NCBI GenBank assembly: GCA_038496445.1
Contig: JALMLS010000484.1
Coordinates: forward strand, 62,001 to 126,000
DNA: 64,000 bases
Source: Trichosphaerium sp. ATCC 40318
Taxonomy: Eukaryota > Protista > Tubulinea
Direction of reading: 5' to 3'
Of the stretch, positions 50,623-64,000 are shown one piece after another; the first letter of the stretch is position 1, and each line of letters begins with the position of its first letter. The notes below the pieces were generated by a model, which worked only from the letters and a program-made list of their open reading frames with translations, was not told where the DNA came from and made no database searches. A program made the translations under genes and the position numbers.

Positions 50623-51145
50623 GATTTAGACCGAGATTCTGTTTTGTAGCCAAGACAATATGAACACGCCTCTATAAATGCTGCTGACGCTAGACCATTC
50701 TCTTTGGGTATATTGTTTAGACCAAAAAAGGGTAAATAAACTCTTCGATCACGTTTAGTCTAAACGGTTTCGAAAAGCATTTTTTTAGTAATTGAAACAA
50801 CGAAGAGGCGCAATACTACTACAGTAGCTTTGCACATAGTGGTCGAGAAGGTATTGTCCTTTCATCCGAGTCAAATAGCTGTTGCTTGTTGTGTACATAG
50901 AGCGACGAAATTGAATTACCTCGCATACAAAGCGAAAAAAAAAGAACTAATAGTATAGTAGCACGTTTGAGACATCATTATCTATATTTGGAGTATTAAA
51001 ACTGATTTTTCTTTGAACTGTATCGATATGTATCTATTTACATTTTTTGTATTTGTAGATTTGTAAAACGAACGTACAAACCGTTCATTAGCCCCAATGT
51101 AACGCAATGGAGCAAATAAAAGCTGATATTACCAAAAAAATGCTA

Positions 51146-51186
51146 GCCCACAATTTATTTAATGGATATTTGAGCGTGTTTATAAA
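51146..51186 (+). promoter_or_regulatory. snRNA-type promoter of copy 2: GCCCACAA plus TTTATAAA
   Basis: Same position and spacing as in copy 1. Confidence 0.55.
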
Positions 51187-51207
51187 GCAACGGAATAATC
51201 ATAATAA

Positions 51208-51475
51208 TAACTACAACCTGGCCTTTCATCGTTACCTCCGATGAATGAACGTGCCGCCGCTCCTAGCTATCTTTACTAATCCTGAGATTTTAAAGGAGAA
51301 TGGGCACTGTTGACTGCTGTTACCCTTCGTTACAGGTGTTTAATTAATCGGGTATCCAGCCATAAATCCTGATACAGCAATATGTCAACAGTGCCGACAG
51401 GTAAGGAACTCCTATAACACGGAGCTGAAAGGCACCTTCATCCTGATACTGCTTGTCGGCAGCAGTGAATTTTTT
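51208..51475 (+). ncRNA. Unidentified structured RNA, copy 2 (~268 nt)
   Basis: Perfect 12-bp helix ggcactgttgac/gtcaacagtgcc, tgctgt/acagca, atcggg/cctgat, ttcatcg/cgatgaa, actgct/agcagt, then AATTTTTTGA. Confidence 0.7.
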
Positions 51476-51971
51476 GATTTATTCAGAATTTTTTTTTGTA
51501 ACAGCGAAAACGCATACCGGAAATAGAAACATACTTTTAGTCCAAGGTTTACAGAATGATGATTGTAGTTAAGTATTGAGAACACTTTTTTCTCAACCGG
51601 TTTGCGGCTACAGGTTTTTAGTGTTCGAGTTTGACACAAAGCGCTAACTATGGATCATGTTTCAACCAACGTTTTCGTGATAACACGCACGTGAAAAATA
51701 CGTGGTCAATTTTAGGTATCGCACTACAAGCTATTTTCCTTCTACTTTCGCCACTACTACGCCAAGGGTATGCTAAGGCGTAACAAAAACGGTATTTACC
51801 TTCAGTTTAACTCAATCAGTTACAAATGCTAACGGCAAACTTCTGCGGTCTCCCACCAAAAGAAAAACAATAAATTGGGGCTAACAAAACCCCAATATAA
51901 TCTCCCGACTGCGATAGAAATGACGACACAGTCTTGAAAGGTCTTTTTATTCTCGTTTAGCACTACCAAAC

Positions 51972-53692
<1,721 letters not shown>

Positions 53693-53894
53693 TGTTATTA
53701 TCCAATTGTATGCACAATACCTTTTTTTGCTAAATAAAGTACCTTGTTATCAGAAGCTCACATTATGTACCACAATACCACTTTTGGTCAGTTGATAGCG
53801 TTGTAGTGTTTATTCGGACATTCGGTGGAGAGCAGAAGGTCAGAATAATTAAAAACAATTTTGGCATGTTATTGTGCATCACCTAGGCAACAGC

Positions 53895-56800
53895 ATGTCG
53901 GCGAATCCGCCCAGACACTTCAATCGGGTGGTACCTCCAAACCATACAAATGTTTCAAAAAGGCCGTTGCCACAACCGAAGGTCCCCAAGTGGGCTAAAC
54001 TAGGCAATAGATCACCTAAGAAATGGGGTAAGCGCCCACCAAAGAAAATGTACATGATGAACAAAAACCGTGCTCTACCTACACCCAAACAACGCCCAAA
54101 GCATGCAAAGTCCCCCAGAGTGCCAAAAAAATTCAATGGAAAGAGACACCCAAAATTCGCTTTAAAGCGACCCAAGACGCCCAAACAGTTTCAGAGACAC
54201 TTTGAAAACTATTCCAGACCACTCCCACAGCCAAAACGGGCGACAGCAATGCGTAGAGTGAACTCTTCTGGCAAATTAGCTTACAACCGCAACAAACTCA
54301 TTGTTAAGCGTTCTATTACATCAAAATTCACAAGAGACGATATGTCAGGCGTGACAGTGCCTTTACCTTCTCATAAAAAGGCAAACAGACCAAAACCTCC
54401 GAAAAAGGGACGCCACTTCGCAATAGGTGGTAGGAGGTACGCTTGATACTAGAGTTAGAATAATTCCGCTACCAAATTTCCTATCTATTTTTTTTTAACT
54501 TTAATAGGCGCTCGCTATCATCAGACAAGTACGCACTATTGTTCCACGATTAAATACGTTCCGCTGCATTTAATAAAATTTCGCGATGTTGGTCATCGCC
54601 TTCTCATGTCATCTTACGCGAGTATAATACGCAAAAACGCTAACTGTACCGTTATAGAGAGACAATGTCAGCTGATTGTGTACCAAAACGATTGCCATCT
54701 CTCATGCAAAACGATCGAGCTACACGAAGCAATACCTCTTCTACTCTTCCAGTAAAGAAATTACCAGAAGCCAGGCCATTGAAACTATCGCGATCATACA
54801 ATAACGTGTACGCGTGTAGAGCACGTAGCTCTTTTTATACTATATTGGTTTAGTGCCAAAATAGAAAGTATAAAGCACCCTTTCCACAAACAAAACAATT
54901 TAATGCAATTTTTTTATTATTTATTTATTTTTTTTTCTAATTCTCTTGTTATTAGTGCCGATAGCGAGGTAATACGATCTTCTTCAGCACCTACATCACC
55001 GGTTCCAAAACGACCTGTAATTCCAAAACGCCCTTTGAAAAAACCTGGCCCAATATCTTCTAGAATTGCTATAGGAGGGAGAGCAGGCGGTGGTTCTGCT
55101 CCGTCATCACCATTTGCTACTGCTGTTGCTAAAAGACAACGTATGAAACATCGTCGTAGTAAACGCAATACAGTGGTGCTAGCATTTCCTTTAGATCCTG
55201 AAGCTATTGGTGAAGGTGGAGAAGGAGGAGAGGAGGAACAAAAATGGCAGAAAGGCGCACGTGGTTAACTTAGAGAGAAGCTTTTTGATGCAATGGTTTT
55301 TTTTTTCCTTTTTTTTTGAAATGATGGTTCAAACTACAAAAAAAAAAAAGGAAAAAAATTATCGTTGTCATTTTTTTCTTCTTATACTAGTTAAAAAGCA
55401 AAATAGCGTGTTCCTTTTTAGTTTTGCCATTTTTTTTTTCAGCTCTACAAAAATTAGTGTTTTTCTATATTTGACGTATTGTATATCTACTAGGCTTTAT
55501 ATTATTATGTATCACCGCACTACTTATGGGCGCTATATTCTATTGATTATTTTTTTTTCTCTGCTGTTGGGTAGTTGTTGACGTTTATCTTTTAGGTTAC
55601 ATCTGCTAGTGGCGAAACACAGTATCTAGGAAATTTGGACTTATCGAAGCTCAATTTAGAAGCGTTTTATCCGAGACCTAAGCACTCATCGTCAGAGAAA
55701 CCTTCTCAAGGGAACCAAAGAAAACATTTAGGTTTGGGATCGGGTATACGCGCACGGTTGAAGAAAAAAAAGGATAGGAAAAAGAAGAGTGCTACGCCAG
55801 CAATGCATATGGCGAATGATATTGCAGATGCAATTGCTCATAATGGTAGTAAGTAGTTAGAGGAACCTTTACGCGTTTTCTTTCATATAATTTTCATTGG
55901 CTTCTACGTGAACGTATTGACCTTTCTACTCTATAGCTGGTGCCGCAACTGCATCATCAAACACGTCCATGCACTCATCTCAAGATAAAGAAGATGACAG
56001 TGCCCTCAAGGAAGCAAATTGGCTTTCTGGTCCAGATGACGAGCGTATACCATGGCCAGAGGTAGCATACAAGCAAAGTGCTTTTCATAAAATTAAATTG
56101 GTTTCTAGACATCAAACCAGGTTACAGCTGAAGCAAGGGCAATGCTTGGCACTGAGTGTATTTCTAAAGGCTGGCATTTAGAATTAGGCACTCCTGGAGC
56201 ACCAACAAATCCTGAACTCGATTTCTTATTTCCAAAAGACGATGTTGCTTATTTTAGTGAAAATCTACTTGGCATGCGTATGTGTTTGACACTTTGGGTG
56301 TATTTGTTAATTTACGCGTTTTTTTAAACAGCTCACGTAAACTATCTTGGAGAAGACCCAGATATGGCTAGCAAGCGTGCTTGCTTGACAGTAGAAGTAG
56401 AGCCGTTTATACATAAGGGTAAAGTAAAGAAATATCGTGCAATCATTAAAACAAAGCGAGTAAGCGATTTATACGTTGCTTTTCATCATGCTAACGTGTT
56501 TTTTTCTTAAAGAGCGCCCAACGCATAATCTTTGATTCAAACAAAGACCACATTAAGTTATTAAAGTCGCTTAACCCTAGTTTGGCTAAATACGTTTTTA
56601 AACAAATACGAGATACACAACTAAGCATAGACTTGGCTAGTTTTGAAAAGAAAGAAATTATGATCAAGTATAAGTTTGGTATTCTTTACGCAAAGGAGGT
56701 AAACACGCTTTACGCGCTGTATTATATTGTGCTTATCACCTTTCTTAGGGTCAAACCGAAGATGAGATGTTTTCGAATTGTCAGCAAAGCCCAGACTTTA

Positions 56801-57864
56801 CTGAGTTTTTAGAGTTTATTGGTAAGAAGATAAGCTTGCAAGGCTGGAGCGACTATGCTGGTGGCTTGGATACCAAGAGTAAGGAGGCGTTTTTTTTTGT
56901 TTGAAACTTTTTTTTTTGTTAAAAGTGAAGTACTTACTAATTAAATTGCTTTAGCGGGGTCCACAGGCGAGTCTTCTGTCTATTGGAAGGTTAAAGATTA
57001 TGAAGTGATGTTTCATGTTAGTACTATGCTGCCATATCAAGAAAAAGATTTGCAGAGAGTAGAGCGCAAGCGTCACATTGGCACGTTTTTTTTTTCTTTT
57101 GCTTTTTTCTCATTTTTTTCTCTCTTTGCGTCAAGGTTTTCTCTGATTATATTTTTAGGTAATGACGTTGTTGTAATTATTTTTAAAGAAGGCAAAACAC
57201 CATTTAACCCGTTATGCCTAAGAAATCAATTTAATCGTATCCTTTTTTCTTCATTTTTTTCACTTAACGAAGCTGCGTAGTTGTCAAGTAACTACTTGCG
57301 TGCTTGTTATATTTTTCATCTTGATATTTTTTGTATTTGTCCTTCACAGTACTAGATATAGTTTGTATTGTAGAAAAAGTTCCAAATATGCCATCAACAC
57401 ACTACAGGCACGTATTGTTTACTTTGATTTTTTTTTGCTTTCAAAATCTGCTTCTTCTACCCTTGCTCACATCAGTGTAGGATTGTAATTGCGGATAAAG
57501 CTGGAGTTGCGTCTTATGCACCAGTAATGCCCAATCCACCAATTTTTGAAAAGAATACGGCTTCCAGAGACTTCATACTCACAAAACGTACGATTCAAAA
57601 CGATTGTCTTCTTTATTCGGATAACTTTAACAGAAATTGACGTTTTGTTTTCTATTTATGCTCATACTTATGTAATATTAGTGATAAATGGTGAGAGAAA
57701 GTCACTACGCTCCCCAGAATTTAAGTCAAAGATGGTTCGCACAGGTAAGAAAAAACCAAGAATTCTAGGTTTTTTATTTATTTATTATTTTTCTTCTTAC
57801 CCTTTTGTGTTTAGCAAGCGAATTTTTGTCGGTGATGATTAAAAAGTATTACCCAAGGAAATAG
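53895..57864 (+). CDS. Rap GTPase-activating protein with long Pro/Lys-rich N-terminus (multi-exon)
   Basis: YKFGILYAKEGQ, EDEMFSN, YAGGLDT, VMFHVSTMLPY, RKRHIGNDVVVIIF, INGE; two GC-AG introns. Confidence 0.92.
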
Positions 57865-58186
57865 CAACAGCTCTGATTTTTTAAACAAAAAAAAATTATC
57901 CTACAATATCATGTACATAGAAACCTCCCAAACTATAACCCCCTTGCTTTGTACTTACGTAATACAGTTCCTGGTTACAAAAAAAAACCCCAACTTTTTG
58001 CCTTTCCCTTTTTTATTTCGATCGTTAAGGACGTCCTTAAGTTGCTTCATGTTTAATAATACACCTGCCAAAATATTTACTGACATGGCTGTTCTGGGCC
58101 TACGGCATCATTGATATTGTGTACTTTGGTCTTTAAGTTATTGTTCAACTAAGTTTATTTGAATAACCAGTTTAAGAATCATTATT

Positions 58187-58790
58187 TTGAATAAAAGCTT
58201 TGCTGTTGAACTGCTCTTTACGCATAAAGACTTGCCACCAGAGACGTTAACACATATTTTACGCTATGTAGATGTAGAAGACCTTATAACGAGTTCTGCA
58301 GTATCTCACCTTGTTAATAACATCATTCGGTACAATATTGGCTTTGATAGGCTTTACTTAAACAAGGGATCAGATTGTCATGTTCTAAAAGGAAGTCCGT
58401 TGCTTAAAAACACTGCAATTATGTGTTACAACACTACAAACTTGTCAGCAAGTGACTTGGGTTGCCTTTGTGGTGTTCACAATAGATCTAATGCAGTCAG
58501 GAGTGACAAAAACTGAGCTTGTCTTACAGCTTTCGTGAGGAAATGATACCGAACTCAGGTTTTAAGCACTTGGTCAATCTCAAACAACTCAGTATTTATT
58601 ATGGTGCTAAAATATCAGATGAAAGTGTGAAGCACTTGGTAAATCTTGAAGAGCTTAGGGTTATTTCCGATTATTGCAAGATAACAAAAGATTGTTTGAA
58701 AAACTTACAACACCTTAAAAAAATTCACTTTGCAGCCATATAACAAAAGATGATGCTGCTGAAATGGGTATTGAGTGGGTGGGTAAATAG
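58187..58790 (+). pseudogene. Internally deleted F-box/LRR copy of 62568-63517
   Basis: Near-identical DNA to about 62660-62938 and 63278-63505, with the middle missing and frameshifts. Confidence 0.85.
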
Positions 58791-59304
58791 TAGGTTTGAT
58801 ATATTTTATTGACTCAAGTCAGCAATGTAGCTACTTTCCTACAGTAAGCCTCTTTACTTTATTGTATAATCCAAGTTGCTTTTGAAATAAAAGGGTATAG
58901 CTACTATGTGTATTTTAGTGTACAAGGTTCTGAATATAATAGCGTCCGATATGTAGTTTTACTACCTAGTTAGTACAATATTAAATCAAGAAGTACTTAG
59001 TCAGTGATTGAGGAGAAGGTGTAACAACGAGTTTAGTTGTAAGATGATGCGGAATATCTTAAGATAATTGAGATAGTATAAATCCGGGCATCTTTACACA
59101 AGGCAGGGTGAGTTGACCTTCGCTGGCCAGTATTGTAAATGTATTTAGGATTGAGCTGCAAGCGCTGATTTGTACTTAAGTCAACTATCTTACCCAGGCT
59201 TCTTTTAAACCTATTATCTTCACTTGGTTTTATTGTAGCTGCCTTTGTTAGTGTCCCATGGAAAGCATTTTAGAACTCTTTTGCGTGTATACAAAGTGTG
59301 TAGT

Positions 59305-60678
59305 ATGATTTCGCGATTGTTTGGCTCAAGAGCTCAGAGCGCGCGTGTAACATGCGTAAAAGCGTACACAAAGCCATCAACGAGAAGTTTAAGTGTTGTA
59401 AACAGCAATCGATCCAGACAGCATATTATTCGGCTTTTGGACTCCGCAAAAGCTTCTGGAACGTCTAACCAAGATGAAACTGACACTTTTATCACTGGGC
59501 TACTAGAAAGAGCTTACAACGATGATCCTGTGCTGAATCCTTCTCAGGTAAGACCCTAAGTCATCACAGATGCTAAAAACACAGATCAGGAGTATTTAAC
59601 GCGTATATATGTTACACCAGAGCTAAACAGAATTGAAAGGCACGTAAAAGACATACGTAGTATTTACGATACCCAGATGTACAAAAAAATAGGTAAGAAA
59701 GCGAAATCCATCAACCGTCAAGTCTTTTTTTTACTGTAGTTCTTTTCACATTCACTGAAAATTGACTTTTTAAGGCATTGATCCTGACGTCCGTTCGGAG
59801 ACGATTAGTGGTACATATGGTATTATAGACCCTTCCCTATATCCTATAGGACATTGTTACAGTATAAGAAATGATGTATTTGATGAACTTAGCAAGTGGT
59901 GTTTCATTAAAGAGTTGATATCAAAAGGTATAATATTCAAAAAGATTTTCATCATTCTCAAAAATATGTACTTCCAAAATGCTATACAACTTGGTAATAT
60001 ATATATCGATGTTGCAAATGATACAGTAGATCCAAAAAAGGAATCAGTAGAGATAGAAAATCTGGACAATCTGAGCTTTGATGATTGCAGTGATTTTGAT
60101 ATTTGTCATTCAGTTGCCGAAAAGTATTTAAATGTCAAGTTGTATACAAACACTGTGCTTCCAGATATAGCTCCTATATATCCTGTATTCTCTATATCAG
60201 AAGATGGAGTTATCAATTTATTAAATGCTTGCCATAAAGTGAGTATAAAGAGCATAGTAAAACGATACAAACCTGTTATATCTTTTTTTAAAAACTCATC
60301 AGCAATTCATCACTCACTACCACAAGAGTATATAGACGTTATTGAATATTGGCATACATATACAAGCAATAATACAGCTATATCTCAATTTGATAGAAAG
60401 GCTACAATAGACGATGTGCAGCATTTCATTTCAAAAACATTGCAAATGGAAAATAAGGATCAATCGACAATCGATAATATTATTGATACTCTTGCCAATA
60501 ACACGTGAGTAAATATGTCAATTGACACGTGATTATGTTTTTAGTTGGTTTTATTACTAAATCTTTACTTAGTGCACAAGCAATAAGCAGAGCTAGGCTA
60601 AGGCCAAATAGTGAGATTCTCCTTAAGCTCAGAGGAGAGGGCAAGGTTCCCAATCCGAAAAAAAAGCCACAGTTTTAA
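59305..60678 (+). CDS. Hypothetical protein with mitochondrial-presequence-like N-terminus (multi-exon)
   Basis: MISRLFGSRAQSARVTCVKAY; canonical introns link to the 59915-60508 ORF and a last exon ending KKKPQF*. Confidence 0.7.
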
Positions 60679-61034
60679 ATACGTGCTGGGCTGTATCTCT
60701 AGACTTAAAGTTTATGATTAGGTTGAGCTCAAAAGGGAAACTAATCATGTAGTAATGATAGCTACAAAGTTGCTTTGGTTATCAGCTCTTCTGCAATGCA
60801 ACAATTGTACAATAAAAAAAGAAATGTTGAACAGATTATTTTGTTACAAGGTAGATATATTAACCTGCCGTTGAATAGTTTGATTGTCAGTACACTACTT
60901 TTTTACTTATGACGTGTTAGCGCGAAGACCAATTCCAGAAGCTCATGTCAGGCATCCTATTGATAAAATTGGTAGTCCTATTTATAACTGAACACAAGAT
61001 ATATCTTGTCGGTCCATCATGCACCAAATATTGA

Positions 61035-61365
61035 CGATTTTCAAATGGATGACACCTTGGAGCAAAGGTCGGGTTCTTGTTCCGAACAAATTGACAGGCT
61101 CTCAGAAAATGAACAGTACTCTAAATTTGCTTAGCATCCATTCACTGTACTATACACTAACAACGTTATATTTGCTTCTACCACTGATCATTGAACCCGA
61201 ATACTTCCCCAACATCCTTACCCATAACTCTCCCGATTTTCAAATGGATGACGTTTTGTGAAGGTCGGGTTCATTTACCCGACGAGGACTTCTATAGACA
61301 TGACTGTAGCGAACAGTGGTCTAAATTGGCTTAGCATTCACTGTCCTATACACTGACAATGTCAT
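61035..61365 (+). repeat. Tandem pair of ~130-nt diverged elements (period about 199 nt) with conserved hairpins
   Basis: Blocks cgattttcaaatggatgac, aaggtcgggttc, gaacagt..tctaaatt.gcttagcat, ttcactgt.ctatacact occur at 61035-61169 and 61234-61365. Confidence 0.85.
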
Positions 61366-61732
61366 CGATGTTATTTTGTTATGTATACGATAGTAAGAAA
61401 GACACCTGTTGTATTGAGTTTCAAATACTTGTGTTTGTAGTGCGATGTTGACTACAACGGGTGTGATTTTTCCTTTTGAACCACTTCCCTCCCGAAATCA
61501 AACTTCTCCACTTTTCTACACTTTTGTCCCGTATCGCTAAAGGTTCAGGCCTTAGCAAGTGTGGGTTATTAACCGTGTCATAGTACAGGTGGACAAAAAA
61601 ACAAAGTGAAACAATGCCACTTAAACACAAGGCAGACTTAGCTTTTTATTTGGAGCTATCTACAACCGCATTACCTACGGCTGGCAATAAACTAAGAAAA
61701 AACTAACAATAACATTTTTATCTCAAAGCCAC

Positions 61733-62248
61733 ATGACAACGCTTGCTGCTTTCCCTTTAATAGTGGCACTTGTATGTTTGTCTTTCGCTCAAAATAGCAC
61801 AGATGAGCCAGTACCTACCGTCCCCACTCGTACTCCATGTCCATCAGATTGCTACTGGAACGGCACCTTGTCTAAGTGTCTTTACGCTCCGGATGTGTTT
61901 TGTACGTGTTTTTTTCTCACAAAGTGTTTCGATTTGACACTTTAACAAGGCAATTGTATTTCAAATCACGATGAACAATCATGTCTCAAGCGACCTGGAT
62001 GTAACTATTGTAAAGGGTACGTATAATATTAATATCTTTAAAGCTCTTTAATGACATTGACAAACAGTGGGGTTAATGGGGATACTTGCGAACGTAGAAA
62101 TTGTGGATTATCTTATACAACTTTTTTGACTGGAATCGTTGTTTTTTCTGTCATTGGTGGTATATGTATTTTGGGTATAACAATAGCAACTATTGTAGGA
62201 TTTGTATGTGCTTGTTTTCTTGCTATAAGAAAAGAAGGAGGAATATGA
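61733..62248 (+). CDS. Small Cys-rich type I membrane protein, 3 exons
   Basis: Signal peptide MTTLAAFPLIVALVCLSFA, Cys-rich ectodomain, long hydrophobic C-terminus. Confidence 0.75.
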
Positions 62249-62567
62249 CCTTGAATAAATACACGTAACTGACCACTACCAGCAAATTGATGCTATTATC
62301 ACGTGATTGTACTTTCTTTGTTTTTCACCCTACACCTAGGAAACTGTGAGTAGGTATCACAGTTTCTGTCAATTGACCTTGCCTATTGTACATCAACCTA
62401 CGTACAAGTTTTGGTCACATGATTTCTTCTTTTAGGCATTCTCTGAATAGAAGAAATCAAGTGACCGCATCCTTAATTTCGCCAGGAGCGTAAAGTACCA
62501 GTAAAATTCTAAATCATTATCGAAATACCTCCTAGTAACTAAAAACGCGTAATATTGTATCAACAAG

Positions 62568-63517
62568 ATGGAATCCGAGACAATGAAGCAAGTTACACCG
62601 TTTCGACACTCACCACCAGCAACAACAGTTTTGACGCTTAAAACAGATACATCAGTTCAAGACTTGGCACCAGAGACGTTAACACATATTTTACGCTATG
62701 TAGATGTAGAAGACCTTATAACGAGTTCTACAGTATCTCACCTGTTTAATAACATCATTCGGCACAATATTGGCTTTGATGTCCTAACGTTACAAGGGCA
62801 TCAGATTGTCATGTTCTAAAAGGAAGTCCGTTGCTTAAAAACACTGCAATTATGTGTTACAATATAAGATTGTCAGCAAGTAACTTGGGTTGCCTTTGTG
62901 GTGTTCAAACAATAGAGTTAGTACAGTCAGGAGTGACAGATGAATGTATACTTGCAATGATGCAAGGAGGAAAACAAAAGATTCATGAAATCACGTTTCG
63001 AGGTGCAGAAATAACAGATGTCTCGTTAAAAGCACTTTCATCTGCACACACTATTCGCCTTTACCGCTGTCCCAATATTACTGTTGAAGGAATAAAAGCA
63101 CTCAAAGATGTACATCATATTTCGCTTGATGGTCCACATGATGAATGGCTTAAACACCTTAGTAACGTACACTCAATAGGTATAAGTAAAGGGGAGTTAA
63201 TAACAGATGATGGAATAAAATCACTTACAAACGCCAGACAACTTGCAATTGATTCCTGTATTGATATTACAGATAACGGTTTTAAGCACTTGGTCAATCT
63301 CAAACAACTCAGTATTTATTATGGTGCTAAAATATCAGATGAAAGTGTGAAGCACTTGGTAAATCTTGAGGAGCTTAGGGTTATTTCCGATTATTGCAAG
63401 ATAACAAAAGATTGTTTGAAAAACTTACAACACCTCAAAAAAATTCACTTCGCAGGGACAAAGCATATAACAAAAGATGATGCTGCTGAAATGGGTATTG
63501 AGTGGATGTTATTATAG
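62568..63517 (+). pseudogene. F-box/LRR gene with one frameshift near 62795 (recent pseudogene or assembly error)
   Basis: F-box-like QDLAPETLTHILRYV in one frame and LRRs in another; the paralog at 58.3 kb reads through this spot in frame. Confidence 0.7.
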
Positions 63518-63715
63518 CCAACAATAAAAGAAACTGGTATGTCATTACCCATGGCAAGCAAGTACACATACAGTTTTGGTAACATCATCTCTGCGATGGA
63601 TAACTAGTAAAACATCTATTGATTTCTCACCCACATTGTGTTTTTTTTTTTCAGTCTACAAAACCGGATACCAAGCCAACGGCTACAAGCAAAGATTTGA
63701 AAAAAATATGAATCC

Positions 63716-64000
63716 TTAGGGATTTGAAATTGAAAAAACGCTATTTTGTGATAGCTCTAAGCCTGATTTTCCGGGACGGTTTGTGAACATGAGTAGCCCT
63801 TTTGCAACTCTACAAGCTATACCATGAATATATCATCATGCAGTACTTAACGTGAGCATAAGAACAGAAAGTCACGTGCATGCTACAAATTGGGAGTGAC
63901 ATTGTACAAAATAGGCTTAACCGTTTTGGTTGGACTTGTCTTTGGTAAGGTGCCTGTGGCATCACACCCACCGCTTCCAAAGGAAATTGCACTACCCCCA
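63716..64000 (-). CDS. Possible 3' end of a gene entering from outside the window
   Basis: Open frame WGSAISFGSGGCDATG... and a plausible GTAGCA...TGTAG intron; no recognisable homology. Confidence 0.3.

Larger units (their letters stand above)
49594..51481. repeat. Diverged non-coding tandem duplication (unit 1 about 49594-50628, unit 2 about 50656-51481)
   Basis: Colinear shared blocks such as ggtaaataaactcttcgatcacgttt, tatttggagtattaaaactgatttttctttgaactg, cctgatacagcaatatgtcaacag, gcagtgaattttttgattta; indels not multiples of three. Confidence 0.95.

Noticed and set aside
51308-51392. GTTGAC...TACAGCAA...GTCAAC resembles Dictyostelium Class I RNA
   Set aside because: The motif order differs (in Class I RNA the 11-nt motif follows the 5' stem directly) and the element is internal to a longer RNA
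51415-51435. AACACGGAGCTGA resembles RNase MRP conserved region V
   Set aside because: No matching CR-I (GAAAG-C-CC) or GARAR loop, and the motif is not kept in copy 1; only a covariance search could revive it

Overview
AT-rich, gene-dense, intron-rich eukaryotic nuclear DNA using the standard genetic code. The gene content (RWP-RK factor, alpha-kinase-like protein, cAMP-receptor-like GPCR, RapGAP, F-box/LRR family) suggests an amoebozoan-type protist; this is inference. About 30 protein genes were reconstructed by hand across short introns, including two paralogous Kelch/Cys-rich membrane proteins, RRP46, RPL35A, a Yvh1/DUSP12-like protein, CCT5, a Mei2-like RRM protein, BCKDHB, MRPS16, an SDR42E1-like enzyme, DNase II, G-alpha, a VHS protein, RtcA, UBOX5, TGDS and RapGAP, plus an F-box/LRR family with pseudogenes. 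The main discovery candidate is a non-coding tandem duplication at about 49.6-51.5 kb. Each copy carries an snRNA-type promoter (USE/DUSE-like CCCACAA plus TATA) ahead of a predicted ~267-nt structured RNA that shows compensatory base changes between copies and ends in AATTTTTTGA. It lacks the signature motifs of the standard ncRNA families I can check by eye. Other notable points: a second tandem pair of ~130-nt structured elements at 61 kb, a GTACG-type donor consensus with four GCACGT GC-AG introns, and strong enrichment of CACGTG. Exon boundaries and folds were derived by eye and no database searches were run.
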